The position numbers and the translations under genes are program-made. The notes beneath the pieces were generated by a model. It was not told where the DNA came from. It worked only from the letters and a program-made list of their open reading frames with translations, and did not search any database. A DNA stretch of 62,000 bases, taken from positions 2,515,286 to 2,577,285 of the forward strand of contig NC_057751.1 of the NCBI RefSeq assembly GCF_004010195.1, written 5' to 3'. Each line of letters starts with the position of its first letter. Position 1 is the stretch's first letter. This DNA is from Chiloscyllium plagiosum. Lineage: Eukaryota. This document shows, in pieces, positions 12,410-23,905 of the stretch.

Positions 12410-12870
12410 CAAGTTGCAACTCAACAAGCTGGAGTGAAATATTGAAGCAAATGCTAATGGTGCAGAGGAAATGCTGCACTTCTGAATTGTCTTTCAGAAG
12501 TGAGTTAAACGAAGAACACCCCTTCCCTCTCAAGTTGAGCATGAAAGATTCCACAGCAGTACAGTGCATCAATAAAAAGAAGGGAGAAAAACAGAAATTT
12601 CTGGAAAAGCTCAGCAGGTCTGGCAACACCTGTGCAGAGAAATCAAACATTTCATATCCAGTGATCCTCCTCAGAACTGGGAAAGGGTCACTTGGCCCAA
12701 AGATATTTCATTTCTTTCCACAGATGTTGCCAGACTTGCTGAGCTTTTCCAGCAATATCTGTTTTTGTTTCTGATTTCCAGCATCTGCAGTTCTTTTGAT
12801 TTTTATTGAGAAAAAGAAAGGATTCTTTCAAGTGTTGACCATATTTGTCCCTCAACCACCATCGTTGAAA
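12410..12870 (+). mobile_element. Deu-domain SINE (SacSINE1/AmnSINE1-like), interrupted by a PLE palindrome
   Basis: GTCTTTCAGAAGTGAGTTAAAC...AAAGATTCCACAGCA...CCATATTTGTCCCTCAACCA matches the recalled Deu core. Confidence 0.7.
12586..12810. mobile_element. Palindromic mini-element made of two head-to-head PLE pLTR ends
   Basis: CTGGAAAAGCTCAGCAGGTCTGGCAACA versus TGTTGCCAGACTTGCTGAGCTTTTCCAG; flanking duplication AAAAAGAA(G/A)GGA at 12574-12585 and 12811-12822. Confidence 0.8.
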
Positions 12871-12884
12871 TCAATTTAAAGAAA

Positions 12885-13275
12885 CAAACATTTGTATTTC
12901 ATTGACACCCATCCAAACCACAGGATGTACCAAAACACTTCACACTAAATTAATGATCTTTGAAGCACAGCGAGATCCCACAACAGCAATATGTTTGTGA
13001 TTAGAATAGTTAGATGTTAATTTTTGACCATGACAGACTGATTGGACTGAAGCACCTTTTTCAGTGCTGTAGATCTCTCTGACTCTGACCATATAATCAT
13101 GATTTGTGACGTTGCTCAAGGGATAAGTATTGACCAGGTCAATAGGAAGGTGTCTCCTGCACTTCTTTGAAACAGTGGCCATTGGATCTTTCACGGTCAG
13201 CAGAGAGGGTAGATGGGGCCATGGGTCAGCAACTCATCTGAAAGACATCACCTCTGGTGTTGCAGCATTTTCTCT
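12885..13275 (-). mobile_element. Deu-domain SINE, decayed
   Basis: Reverse-complement Deu core (GTGGCCATTGGATCTTT...CTCATCTGAAAGACA) at 13175-13250. Confidence 0.7.
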
Positions 13276-13689
13276 AATACATTATTGATCGACTTGCCTT
13301 TTAATGCTGCGATTAATGTGGCTGTCGGTCTGACAACAGGCGAGGTAGTCTGTACTCTACCAGGGCTATTTGTAAAAGTACATTCTTTAAACTGACTCCT
13401 CAGGCAGTAAGTAATCACTTATGCCATCATCCACCAGACCCTTCTTGCACTTCACCAACTTCTCCTCTTCCAACCCGAATGTCATTAAGACTTACCCTTG
13501 TTTGGAGCTCATTCATCCAGGGAAAAACTTAACTAATCAAATCACTGCATGATTTTAAAATCTACTCTCTGATCTCCCTGTGACTGTGAAGTCCTAGACT
13601 CTTCTCCAAATGAACACAGTATTTGGAGATAGTGGAAAGGATATTTAGTTAGTTCTGTTTCATACCTGCTGCACGCACAGAGTGGTACA

Positions 13690-14600
13690 GCACTTTGCCC
13701 TACCATGTCTGTGCTGACCATGATGCCATTCTGAACTCACCCCATCTGCCTGAACCTTGTCTATATTCCTCTGTTCCCTGCCTAATCATGTGTCTGTCTA
13801 AATGCCTGTTCAACTTTATTGACATATCAGCTTCTGCCATCTCCCTCAGTGGTGCATTGCAGGCAACTACCACCCTCTATGTAAAAACATGCCCTGCGCA
13901 TCTCCTTTCAACTTTCCCACTCTCACTTTAAACCAATGTCCTCCAGTATTTGATATTTATTTGGGAAAAAGGCCTCAACTATCCACCATATCCATGCATC
14001 TCATAATTTTATATCCTTCAGTTAGCTCACCCCTCAGCCTCCGACACTCTACAAAAACAATCCAGAACAACCTAAGGCTTCAGCAATCTCCTCCCTTGCC
14101 TCCCTAAGTATTCTGGGAGAGATCCCATCAGTAGCTGGAACCTTATCTATCTTCATGTTTTTCACGACATGTTCTTAATATCAACATGCCCCTCTCTAAA
14201 ATTACCATCATCCATGTCTTTCAACATGGTGAATACTGATGGGAAGTGCTTATTGAGGGCCTCACCCATTCCCTTAGCTACATGCATACATTCTCTTCTT
14301 TATCTTCAAATGGACATAATCTTTCCCTAGTTAGCCACTTGCTCCTAATAGACCTGTAAAATGCCTTCAGATTCTCCTTGACCTTACTTGCTGAGAACAT
14401 TTCACGGCCTCTTCTACTCCTCCTAACTTCTTGTTTAAGTCCTTTTCTGCTTCCTTTATATTTCTCAAGGGCCTTGCTTGATTTCAGTTTCCTAAATCTT
14501 ACACATGCTTCCTTTTTCCTTTTTGATGAAACTTTCACCATCTCTTGGTATGAATCTTGCCTTCCTTATCTTTCTTCATCTTCTGAAGCTAACTCACACT
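13690..14600 (-). mobile_element. CR1 fragments (3' tail and upstream ORF2 pieces)
   Basis: KVKENLKAFYRSIRSK-type linker; tail homologous to 24060-25160. Confidence 0.8.
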
Positions 14601-15044
14601 TATGAATGTGACTTCCTGAAACCAAGAAGAACATAATTTGTTGACTGCAGAATCATTATCAGTTTAATTTGTACTGCATGAATTAATAGTGGATTATATA
14701 GATTGTAATGGCTAAGAAATACAATATTAATGAATGGTACATGGACATCCAAAGCAGCTCTTTTTGAAATTATTGCTGCTGTGATCCATTTGACATTTAA
14801 AACGCCATGCTAATTACGAGCTCTGGACCTTTATGCACAGGGACTCCTTCACAACCCTCAACTTCCTCACAGTTGCAGCTTGAACTTGCTCTCATACTCA
14901 CTGAGCTTGCATTTGGTGTGTGAACTGGAGCCACAGAAAAATAAATGGTCACCTGAGTAAGTGGTCGGGCTTCAAAGCCAATCCTGGCCACAACTCCAAT
15001 TCCTCATTGGGACACTGCTCCTAAATCTCTGCACTTTCAGAAAA

Positions 15045-15310
15045 TCAGCACTGTCAAAGGGTCAGTACTGAGGAAGTGCTGTACTGTCAGAGGGTCAAGA
15101 CTGAGGGAGTTTTTGCTGTCAGTTTGCTGAGGGAGTACCACAGTGTTAGAAGGTCAGCACTAAAGGAGTACTACACTGTTTTGGGGTCAGTTCTGCAGCA
15201 GCATTGCACAGTTGAAAGGTGAGTTCTGAGGAAGCACTATCTGTCAGGACAACTTAAAAAGACGGCTGCATTGTTGCAGGAACAGTACTGAGGAAAAGAT
15301 TGGCTGTCAG
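15045..15310 (+). repeat. Degenerate ~30-33 bp minisatellite (CAGTACTGAGGGAGTGCTGCACTGTCAGAGGGT-like, ~8 units) leading into a Deu-SINE body (to ~15510)
   Basis: Recurring GTCAG(T/C)ACTGAGG...CTGTCAG units; related units on the minus strand at 35490-35580 and 36690-36755. Confidence 0.8.
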
Positions 15311-16502
15311 AGAAACAGTCTTTGCGATGAGATCTTCAATTAGGTCCTCTCAAGCAGATAGATAAGATCCACCTGCACCAGTTTGAACACAAGCAAGGAT
15401 GTCTCTCCATGGTCCTGAGTCAGTATTTGTACTTAAGAACAGATTACTTAAGAACAGGGGCTTACTGTGCACAAATTGCTGTTTCCTGCAGTACAACAGT
15501 CACTGAACATCATTTCTCTTCCTCTGTCCTCTGAGACATGTGACCTTACTGATACTGACCTACCTGCCAGTGGAAACAGTTCCACCTCATTTGCTGTACC
15601 AACTCCCTGCATGATTTTTATCCTTTGATTAAATCTAATCTGAACTCTCTGCAAGGGATAGATAAAGAACAATAAAGATCTGATGTTCGTCAGAGTTATT
15701 ATTGGGTGCATACTTTATGCATTGGTATGGTGTTTATCTGAGCAGTACTTTAGCAGGAGTACTAATCTATTCAAAGTCAGTGGGTTAATGCCTTCAGTAA
15801 ATTGCAGAGCCGAGAATCTCACACAAACACATTACACATTCAGCTGCAAAAATTGCCAACATTACCTTCTAGCTTTAAGTTCATTTTGTAGAGTCCATTA
15901 AGCAGAGAAGTGAATCGAGTTTCTACAACTGCAGGTGCATTTGGACTCAGGCTGACAAATCTGGGAGGCTTCCAGGTCCAAAAATGAATGCTCTGTTCAT
16001 GATTCATCACAGATCGCAGCAAAGATGCTCACAAGCATTAGGTCTTTTGACAGGAGTAAAATTTCAGCCTTTAGTGCCGGATTCAAAAAAAACTTCCTGA
16101 TTGATGTCAAAGAACATTGGCAATTCTGTGGGGCCTTTTGTAACCTCAAAATGACCAAAGATACCTACAATCAATTGAGTGCTTTAAAAGTGGAATCACT
16201 GTTTCAGTATCAGAAACAAGCACAGCCAATTTCTGCACAGCAAGTTACCACCAACAGTAATATGATCAAGACTAGTTAATTTGTTTCTTGTGAAGTTAAT
16301 TGGTGAGGAAGTCGGGTTCTCAATGCAGAAGGGCGAACCCTCCTCAGATTTCGTGACCATCTGAGAGGGCAGAAATATCACTTTGACATCTCATCAGCAT
16401 TAGTGACAAGGCAGCAATCCCTCAGTATCGCATTAGACATGAAACTGGATTTTGCACTGAAACCTGCATGGCTGCATTTTTTTTATATATCAATGAAATT
16501 TA

Positions 16503-16793
16503 GATTAGATTAGATTACATTACATTACGGTGTGGAAACAGCCCTTCGGCTCAACAAGTCCACACCGACCCGCCGAAGCGTAACCCACCCATGCCCCTAC
16601 ATTTACCCCTTAACTAACACCGACCCTGCACATCCTTGGACTGTGGGAGGAAACCGGAGCACCCGGAGGAAACCCACGCAGACACGGGGAGAACGTGCAA
16701 ACTCCACACAGTCAGTCGCCTGAGGAGGGAATTGAACCCGGGTCTCTGGCGCTGTGAGACAGCAGTGCTAACCACTGTGCCACCGTGCCGCCC
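16503..16793 (-). mobile_element. HE1/V-SINE-type tRNA-derived SINE, young and near full-length
   Basis: Minus-strand head GGGCGGCACGGTGGCACAGTGGTTAGC (A box) and GGGTTCAATTCCC (B box); V-domain TGTGTGGAGTTTGCACGTTCTCCCCGTG; (TAATC)n tail; TSD AAATTTA at 16496-16502 and 16794-16800; CpGs retained. Confidence 0.95.
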
Positions 16794-17069
16794 AAATTTA
16801 CTCTGTGAACATAAAGGCTTCTCTCAGTGGTAGCCAAGGAGATAGTGGATGCTATGGTGATCATCTTTCAAGTTATTGCAAATTTTAGAATGGTACTAAG
16901 GATGAGAATGTAGCATATATCACCCCATTATTTATAAAGGGAAGGAAAGGGGAAAAAAGGGAACTTCAGTCCTGTTAGCCTTGCATTAGTCATGGGAAAA
17001 TGCCAGCATCTGACAAAAAGGATGTGACCAATGGATAATTGAATAATAATGATCTGATTACATGTAAAC

Positions 17070-17815
17070 ACACAAGTTAGGAACAGAAGTAGGCCATTTA
17101 GCCCCTCAAGCCAGCTTTGCAAGTCAATGAGATTGATTTGTTTGCATCCTGAATACCATATTCTTATTTCTCATCAAAAATCTCACCTTACAAGAATATA
17201 TTTACCTCTGCCTTAAAAATATTCAATGACCGACCCCGCCCCCCCATCTACGCCACCTTCTGAGGCACCTATTTCCAAAGCATCACAATAGTCTAAGAGA
17301 AAAATGCATCCCCATCTCAATCCTAAAAGTCTTAAGCAGCGCGTCTTCCCTGTGGACTGAGTGACTCGAGGGAATATCCTTCCCATGGCCACCTTGTCAG
17401 AAGTATTTTGCATCTTACACTTCAATCAAGTCACCCTCACTTTTCTAAATCCTGCACTCTTCAGAACTTCAGAGGAAGCAAGTCCAGACTGTCCAACCTT
17501 TTCTCATAACACAAGCTGCTTGTTCCATATCACCAAGTTAACCTCCTGTGAGCCTCCTCCAACACCTTTCCATGCTTTTTTGAATAAGGCAGCTAAAACT
17601 GTACATAATCTTCAAGATGTGGTCTTACCAATGCCTCTTTAATTGAAACATCTTCACTTTTATGTTCAATTTCTCTCATACTAATGGATGGCATTTCATT
17701 AGCCTTTTCAATTATTTGCTGTAACTGCTTCACTTTTTGTGACCTTTCTGCCCCTCAGAATTCTGTGTTGTTCTCCATTTAAGTACTTCTCTGCTTAAAT
17801 GTTCATCCTGCCGAA
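17070..17815 (-). mobile_element. Old CR1 3' portion
   Basis: Co-linear with 8018-8460 plus 9990-10300, and with 60770-61555. Confidence 0.8.
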
Positions 17816-18402
17816 GTATATCTGTCTAAATCCAGGAATCGGCACAAAAGAGACGAATGACCTAAGTTCAGAAAACAAAAATATGTAAACAGTTTGGGTC
17901 AAACTGAAAAATGATGATGGTAATAAGTCATGGATGGGAATGTTGTACGGACCCTCTAATAATAACATGAGGGACAAAGGAAGAAATAATGATAATTTGT
18001 TAGAATGGTTTGGTGACATTCATGGAAGATTGTAATCTTCATTTTGGACCGGAAAATGCAGATGGATAATGCAAGTCTTGGTGATGAGTTTTCAAGACAG
18101 TTTCATATGACAGCATGTTCCGGAGCCAACCAGAAAGCAGGCTATACCAGATCCTGTGTTGTGCTGTAAAAGAAGATTGATAACAATCTATAATGAAGGC
18201 ATCCACAGGTTGCATTTTATATTCAGTTTGAGGGGTAGAGAAGTGAGTCTGACAGTAAATTTTTAAATTTAATTCAGGGCAGTTATCAGGCTATGGAAGC
18301 AGAGCTTGCTAAGATGAATTGGCAAATGATGTTCAAGGATAGATCAATAAAGACGCAGTGGCAGACATTTAAGGGGATATTGCAGAATATGCAGAATTGA
18401 TA

Positions 18403-18521
18403 GTGCTCTTTTGGCGCAGTGCTCATGTCCCTATCTCTGGGTCAGATGTTTCAGCTTTAAGTCACATTAGCTCCAGAGGTGTCAGAACGTGTCTGAACAG
18501 GTTGATTTAAAAAATCTACAT
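18403..18521 (+). mobile_element. Short tRNA-headed SINE
   Basis: TTGGCGCAGTG A-box-like start; flanking duplication AGAAT(T/A)GATA at 18393-18402 and 18522-18531; related minus-strand copy at ~47585-47693. Confidence 0.6.
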
Positions 18522-18588
18522 AGAATAGATATATTCTAACAAGCAGGAAAAAGTTTTAGAGACAAACCCATCATCCATAGCGTAACTA

Positions 18589-18806
18589 GTGAGTTTCCTC
18601 TGGGTGCTCCGGTTTCCGCCCACAATCCAAAGATGTGTAGGCCAGGTGAATTGGCCATGCTAAATTTTCGATAGTGATAGTTGCATTCATCAGGGGTAAA
18701 TGTAGGCTAAGGGAATGGTCTGGGTGGGTTACTCTTTAGAGGGTCGAAGTAGACTTGTTGGGTCGAAGGGTGTGTATCCATACTGCAGAGAGTCTAATCT
18801 AATCTA
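18589..18806 (+). mobile_element. HE1-type SINE, 5'-truncated
   Basis: GGGTGCTCCGGTTTCC...CCAAAGATGTG and a TCTAATCTAATCTA tail, matching 16503-16793. Confidence 0.9.
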
Positions 18807-19501
18807 AAAGGAAAAGTATAAAGTTTCCAAAGTCTAGTGGCAGTTCAGAAATATTTAAAAAAGAATGACCAAAAGACGAAAGAAAAATTCATGTGTGAGA
18901 GAATGCAAGCTGGAAAGATAAAAACCGTGAGAGTTTCCATGAATATGTAAAGAAGATAAGAGTTAACAAAGTGATGGTTGGTCTTAAACAAAGTCAGACT
19001 GGAGAATAAAGAAATGGCAGATTAATTGAACAGGTATTTTCCATTTATTTTCACTGTAGGATATTCAAGTAACTTCCAAGAAACAGCTACAAATTAGGAA
19101 ATGGTACAGCATGAGTACCTCAGGGAAATCATGATCACCAGAGAAGTGGCATTGAGTAAATTGTTGGAGCTGTTGATTGGCGAATGGCCAGGTCGTAATG
19201 AATTTCATCAAGAATCTTAAAAGAAGTGTCCAGTGAGGTTATTGATGCATTGATTGTTATTTACCAAACCTGCCTTGATTTGGGGATGATCTGATTTGAT
19301 TGGGAGATAGTGAATGTAATTGCTTTATTTAAAAATAAAGAAATACAGAAGATGGGAAACTATAGGTCAATTGGCTTAACATCTGTCACAGGCAAGGTGT
19401 TAGAAGCTAGGACGATGGCAGAAGATTACAGTTCAGGGTAACCGGGCAGAATCAACATAGTTTTGTGAAAGGGAAATCATGTTTGTCCAATCTTTTGGAG
19501 T

Positions 19502-19625
19502 AGAAAGTGAGGTCTGCAGATGCTGGAGATCAAAGTTGAAACTTTATTGCTGGAACAGCACAGCAGGTCAGGCAGCATCCAGGGAACAGGAGATTCGACG
19601 TTTCGGGCACAGGCCCTTCTTCAGG
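19502..19625 (-). mobile_element. 124-bp PLE pLTR-end insertion with 13-bp TSD
   Basis: Direct repeat AATCTTTTGGAGT at 19489-19501 and 19626-19638; sequence matches 30443-30566. Confidence 0.92.
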
Positions 19626-19630
19626 AATCT
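19591..19630 (-). ncRNA. Minimal type-I hammerhead ribozyme motif, apparently intact
   Basis: Minus strand reads AGAUUC-CUGAAGA-A-GGGC-CUGU-GCCC-GAAA-CG-UC-GAAUCU: complete core, 4-bp stem II, palindromic ACGU stem III, 6-bp stem I. Confidence 0.85.
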
Positions 19631-20554
19631 TTTGGAGTGGCAACACATGCTGTGGACAAAGAGAAACCAGTGTATGTACTGTGTGTAGGTTTCCAGAATG
19701 CACATGATTAGATGTCACATCGCATGTCATTGTGGAAAACAAAGCTCATGGTGTTGGAGGCATCAAATTAGCATGAATTAAAGATTGGATAGCTGACAGG
19801 AAGGAGACTGTAGAATTTTCTGCAAATGTTAATGGGGCTTTTTCAGGTTGGCAAGATGTAATCAGTAGGAGAAAGTGAGGACTGCAGATGCTGGAGATCA
19901 GAGTCAAAACGTGTGGCACTGGAAAAGCACAGCAGTCATAATTATTGCGCTACTGCGATTGGTGGTGGGCCCTCACCTGTTTACAATTCATATAAATGAC
20001 TGAGATGAAAGGATGGAACATATGTTTGCCAAGGTAGAAAGTAAATTATGATGAGAATATCAAGATACTACATAAATATATGTCTTGTTTAAGTGAGTGG
20101 GGAAAGGTGAGAAGAGAATATGGGAAAATGTGAAGTTGTCCATTTGACAGGAAAATGGCATTTGGCAATAAAAACAAAACCATATCATCTTAGTGGAGAG
20201 AGATTGCAGAGGGGACTGGCTGTCCTTGTGTATGAATCACCAAAGGTTAGTTTGAAGGTAATTAAGAAACTTAATAGAATGTTACCATTTATCATGAGAG
20301 GACTTGAATACAAAAGTAGGGAGGTTATGCATCAGCAACACAGGGCACTGGTCAGAGTACATCTGGAGAACTGTGCACAGTGCTGGTCACCTTAATTAGG
20401 AAAGAGTGTAATTGCATTAGAAACAATTCGGCGAAGATTTACCTGACTATGGCCTGGAATGTAGCAGATTGGTTTTCAGGCTGGGTTTCTATCCACAGGA
20501 GTGAAACAACAAAATTCTGAAGTGTCTTAACAGAGTAGATGTTGTGTAACTATT

Positions 20555-20898
20555 TTCTTATTCATTTACGATGAGGGCATTGTTAGCTAGGCAACAATTT
20601 ATTGCCAATCCCAGAGGAAAGTTCAGAGTCAACCACCTTGCTGTGCGTCTGGAGCCGCATGATGGCCACACCAGATAAGGATGGCAGTTTCCTTCCCTCA
20701 AAGACATCTGTAAACCAGATGGGTTTTGCAACATCAACAATGGCTTTCATAGTTATCATTAAACTCTTAATTCTACAGTTTTATTCAATTCAAATTCCAC
20801 AGTCTGCAATGGTAGGTTTCAAACCCAGGTCCACAAAACATTACCTGGGGTTTTGGATAAACAATCCAGTGATATTACCACTAGGCCATTGCCTTCCC
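20555..20898 (-). mobile_element. tRNA-derived SINE whose 3' tail is shared with the second LINE family
   Basis: Minus-strand head GGGAAGGCAATGGCCTAGTGGTAATATC...GGTTTGAAACC; tail resembles the LINE end at 56430-56500; second copy at 48455-48695. Confidence 0.8.
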
Positions 20899-20933
20899 TT
20901 CGTATGGAGTATCCAAAGCAAGGGATCACTGTT

Positions 20934-21619
20934 TGTGAGAAGATTTGTAGCTCGGGTGCTCGTTGTTATGGTTCTGTTCGCCGAGCTGGGAATTTGTGTA
21001 GCAGACATTTTGTCCCCTGTCTAGGTGACATCCTCAGTGCTTGGGAGCCTCCTGTGAAGTGCTTCTGTGATGTTTCCTCCTGTGTTTATAGTGGTCTGTC
21101 CCTGCCGCTTCCGGTTGTCAGTTCCAGCTGTCCACTGCAGTGGCCGGTATATTGGATCCAGGTCGATGTGCTTATTGATTGAATCTGTGGATGAGTGCCA
21201 TGCCTCTAGGAATTCCCTGGCTGTTCTCTGTTTGGCTTGTCCTATAATAGTAGTGTTGTCCCAGTCAAANNNNNNNNNNNNNNNNNNNNNNNNNNNNNNN
21301 NNNNNNNNNNNNNNNNNNNNNNNNNNNNNNNNNNNNNNNNNNNNNNNNNNNNNNNNNNNNNNNNNNNNNNNNNNNNNNNNNNNNNNNNNNNNNNNNNNNN
21401 NNNNNNNNNNNNNNNNNNNNNNNNNNNNNNNNNNNNNNNNNNNNNNNNNNNNNNNNNNNNNNNNNNNNNNNNNNNNNNNNNNNNNNNNNNNNNNNNNNNN
21501 NNNNNNNTGCAGTGTGTTGTGGCCCTTTTGAATAGTGTCTTGATGCAACTTCTTTTGTGTGTGTTGGGGTGGTTGCTTTTGTAGTCCAAAGGACTAGCCA
21601 CACTACCATACAACCACAA
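20934..21619 (-). mobile_element. Penelope-like element (Poseidon-like family) spanning a gap, 15-bp TSD
   Basis: DYKSNHPNTHKRSCIKTLFKRATTHC and FDWDNTTIIGQAKQRTAREFLEAWHS; TSD CAAGGGATCACTGTT at 20919-20933 and 21620-21634; mutated HHR at ~21000-21043. Confidence 0.92.
21270..21507. other. Assembly gap (N run)
   Basis: 238 consecutive N. Confidence 1.
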
Positions 21620-22189
21620 CAAGGGATCACTGTTCAAAAATCAAGGGTTGACCATGAAAAGAGAGATTAGGAGATCCTTTTATCTCAGAAGGTCATGAGT
21701 CTTTGGAAATTTCTCCTTGAACAGGTGGTAGAAATATGGTCCTAAATATTTTTACAGCAGAGATCAATCGATATTTGTTAAACAAGGAGTGAAAGATTAG
21801 GTGGAAATATGGATGTGAGGTTGCAATCAGATCAGGCATGATCTCAGTGAATGACAGAGCAGGCTCAAGGGTCAGAGTGACTTTTTCCTGATCCCGATTT
21901 GTATGTTAATCTGCATCAAACCCCTTGTGACTTCTTCACAGCATACTTTCCTCCCTCTGTTTGTGTTCTCTGCAAATCTAGCTACGCTCTCACTCCTCTC
22001 ATTTGAGCATTTGATGTAAATTCAAAAAAACGAGAGGCCTGAGCACAAACCCCTGCCTGAGTTTTCTTGTCACATTCTGACAATCAGACTATGTTCCATT
22101 TATACACATTTTCTGACAGCCAATCAATCTCCTACTCACACTATTATTTTAACCCCCACACATTGTGCTCCTACTTTGCTGAATTGAAC

Positions 22190-23060
22190 ATTGCCAGGAT
22201 TTATGACTGGAAATCCTGTTTGATGAACCTTTTGGGGTTCTCTGTGAATATTATGAACAAAACTGATAAACTGGAATTGAGAATGTATTGTATTTGGATT
22301 TTCAGCAAGCTTTTGATAAACTCCCCCACAGGACATTCTTTAGCAATATGAAAGGACATGAGCTAGGAGGTAATGCAGTTGCATGGATTTAATGGATTAA
22401 AGATAAGCTCATATTAAAAAAACAGAGAACAGGAATAAACAGGTCATACTTGTGTTGACAGGTGATTAGCGGTACACCAAAAGGATCAGTGCCTTGGCTC
22501 CCAGCTGTTCACAATAAATATCAGTGAATTTGAGGTGGGAGCAAATGTCATGCTTCCAAATTTGGGGATGACAGAAAGCTGAGTAGGAATGTGTGTTGTG
22601 ACGAAGGAGCAAAGTGGGTTCTGGAGGATTTGTACAGGCTCACTGAGAAAGCAAGATCATGTGTAAAACATGAGATCCTTCTTGGGAAGAAGAACAGATG
22701 TACCAAGTAGTTTGTAAATGGGAAGAGGCTGGAAAGTATAGATGTACACAGGGACCTCGTATCATTTTGGTCAGTCACTCAAGACTTTCACACAGGTGCA
22801 GCTGACAATTGGAAGGCTGATGGAATGCGACCTGTATCACAGAGGATTTGAGTGTGGGAGTAGTTTTGTGTCGAAACTTGGTTAAGCCTCTCTTGGAGTT
22901 TGGACCCCTCAGCTTTGGAAAGAGATTATTCCCACAGAAGGGATGAAATTAAAGCTGACCAGACTTATTCCTGTGATAACAAGACTATCCTATGAAGAGA
23001 GGTTGAGAAGCTAGGCCTCTATTGTCAAGAATTTTGGAAAATTAAAGGTGATATCTAATT
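22190..23060 (+). mobile_element. Old CR1 RT fragment (with an opposite-strand CR1 piece at ~21910-22180)
   Basis: KSCLMNLLGF, YLDFQQAFDK-like, GTPKGSVP and SKFGDDRKL remnants. Confidence 0.75.
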
Positions 23061-23814
23061 GATTCAAAGTTAGGTTATCTAACATAAAGCAACCCATGAC
23101 TATTTTGGCACAACATCAAATTTGTATTCTCTGAATTTTACAGTGCAAAAAAGACTACTCATGTCAATGTATCTGTGCTGAGGTTGAGACTCTGTGCCAA
23201 CCTCCACCAACAGAAGTTGATCTATTTTTCTCTTCCCTCAACCTAGCTTTCCCTAAGATGAATCAATGGTGTTTCTTCAACTACCCTGCACAATCATGAG
23301 TTCAAAATTCTTTCCATTCTCTGGGAGTGATGATCATCTTGAAATTGCTCTTGAATTTACTAATGCCTGTCTGACATTGACATATTCATTCATGTTGCTC
23401 AAATAACATTGGTGCAAATTAGCTACAAAGTAGAAACTCTCTGAATTAACAGGAACACAATGGGCTAAATGATCTCCTTTTGTGCTGTAACCATTTTGTT
23501 ATTCAATGTGCGAGCAGTCAGTTTCTGACCTGATGCCTCTTGTAGCACAATATATGCCTTTTAATTTTGGACTGTCACAGAAGTACAGGGAATGAAGTTT
23601 GAAGTACCATCTTTCGAACAATAATATCCTTCCAAAGTGAGGTTCCTGCTCTACTGATGTGAGTGGATGGTATAATTTGTACTGCTGTTAAATTGATCAA
23701 TTACCAACTGCACTTCTCATTATATTAGACTTTCAAAGTAATCCAACAGGATTCAGTTTCCCACTGCTTTTGTGCCATTGGTTAAAGGTCAGACACAATC
23801 ATAATTGACCAAGA

Positions 23815-23905
23815 CTTGGAGATGCCGGTGTTGAATTGGGGTAGACAAAGTTAAAAATCATACAACACCAGGTTATAGTCCAACAGGTTTTTTTGGAAGC
23901 ACTGC
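23815..23905 (-). mobile_element. Short pLTR-end fragment of the PLE family at 59248-60349
   Basis: GATGCCGGTGTTGAATTGGGGTAGACAAAGTTAAAAATCATACAACACCAGGTT aligns with 59253-59325. Confidence 0.8.

Larger units (their letters stand above)
17830..21905 (+). mobile_element. Old, heavily decayed CR1 ORF2 hosting at least six nested insertions
   Basis: EN-to-RT remnants in order (GNYRSIGLTSVTGKVLE near 19355; GLEYKSREVM...ALVRVHLENCAQCWSP at 20300-20395); 3' UTR near 21900. Confidence 0.8.

Noticed and set aside
15045..15310. Regularly spaced ~33-bp repeats resembling a CRISPR array
   Set aside because: Units are contiguous and degenerate with no unique spacers; the context is vertebrate and there are no cas genes.
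16715..16793. tRNA-like sequence with A and B boxes (also 49160-49229, 41085-41160, 20815-20898)
   Set aside because: These are SINE heads that continue into SINE bodies, not tRNA genes.
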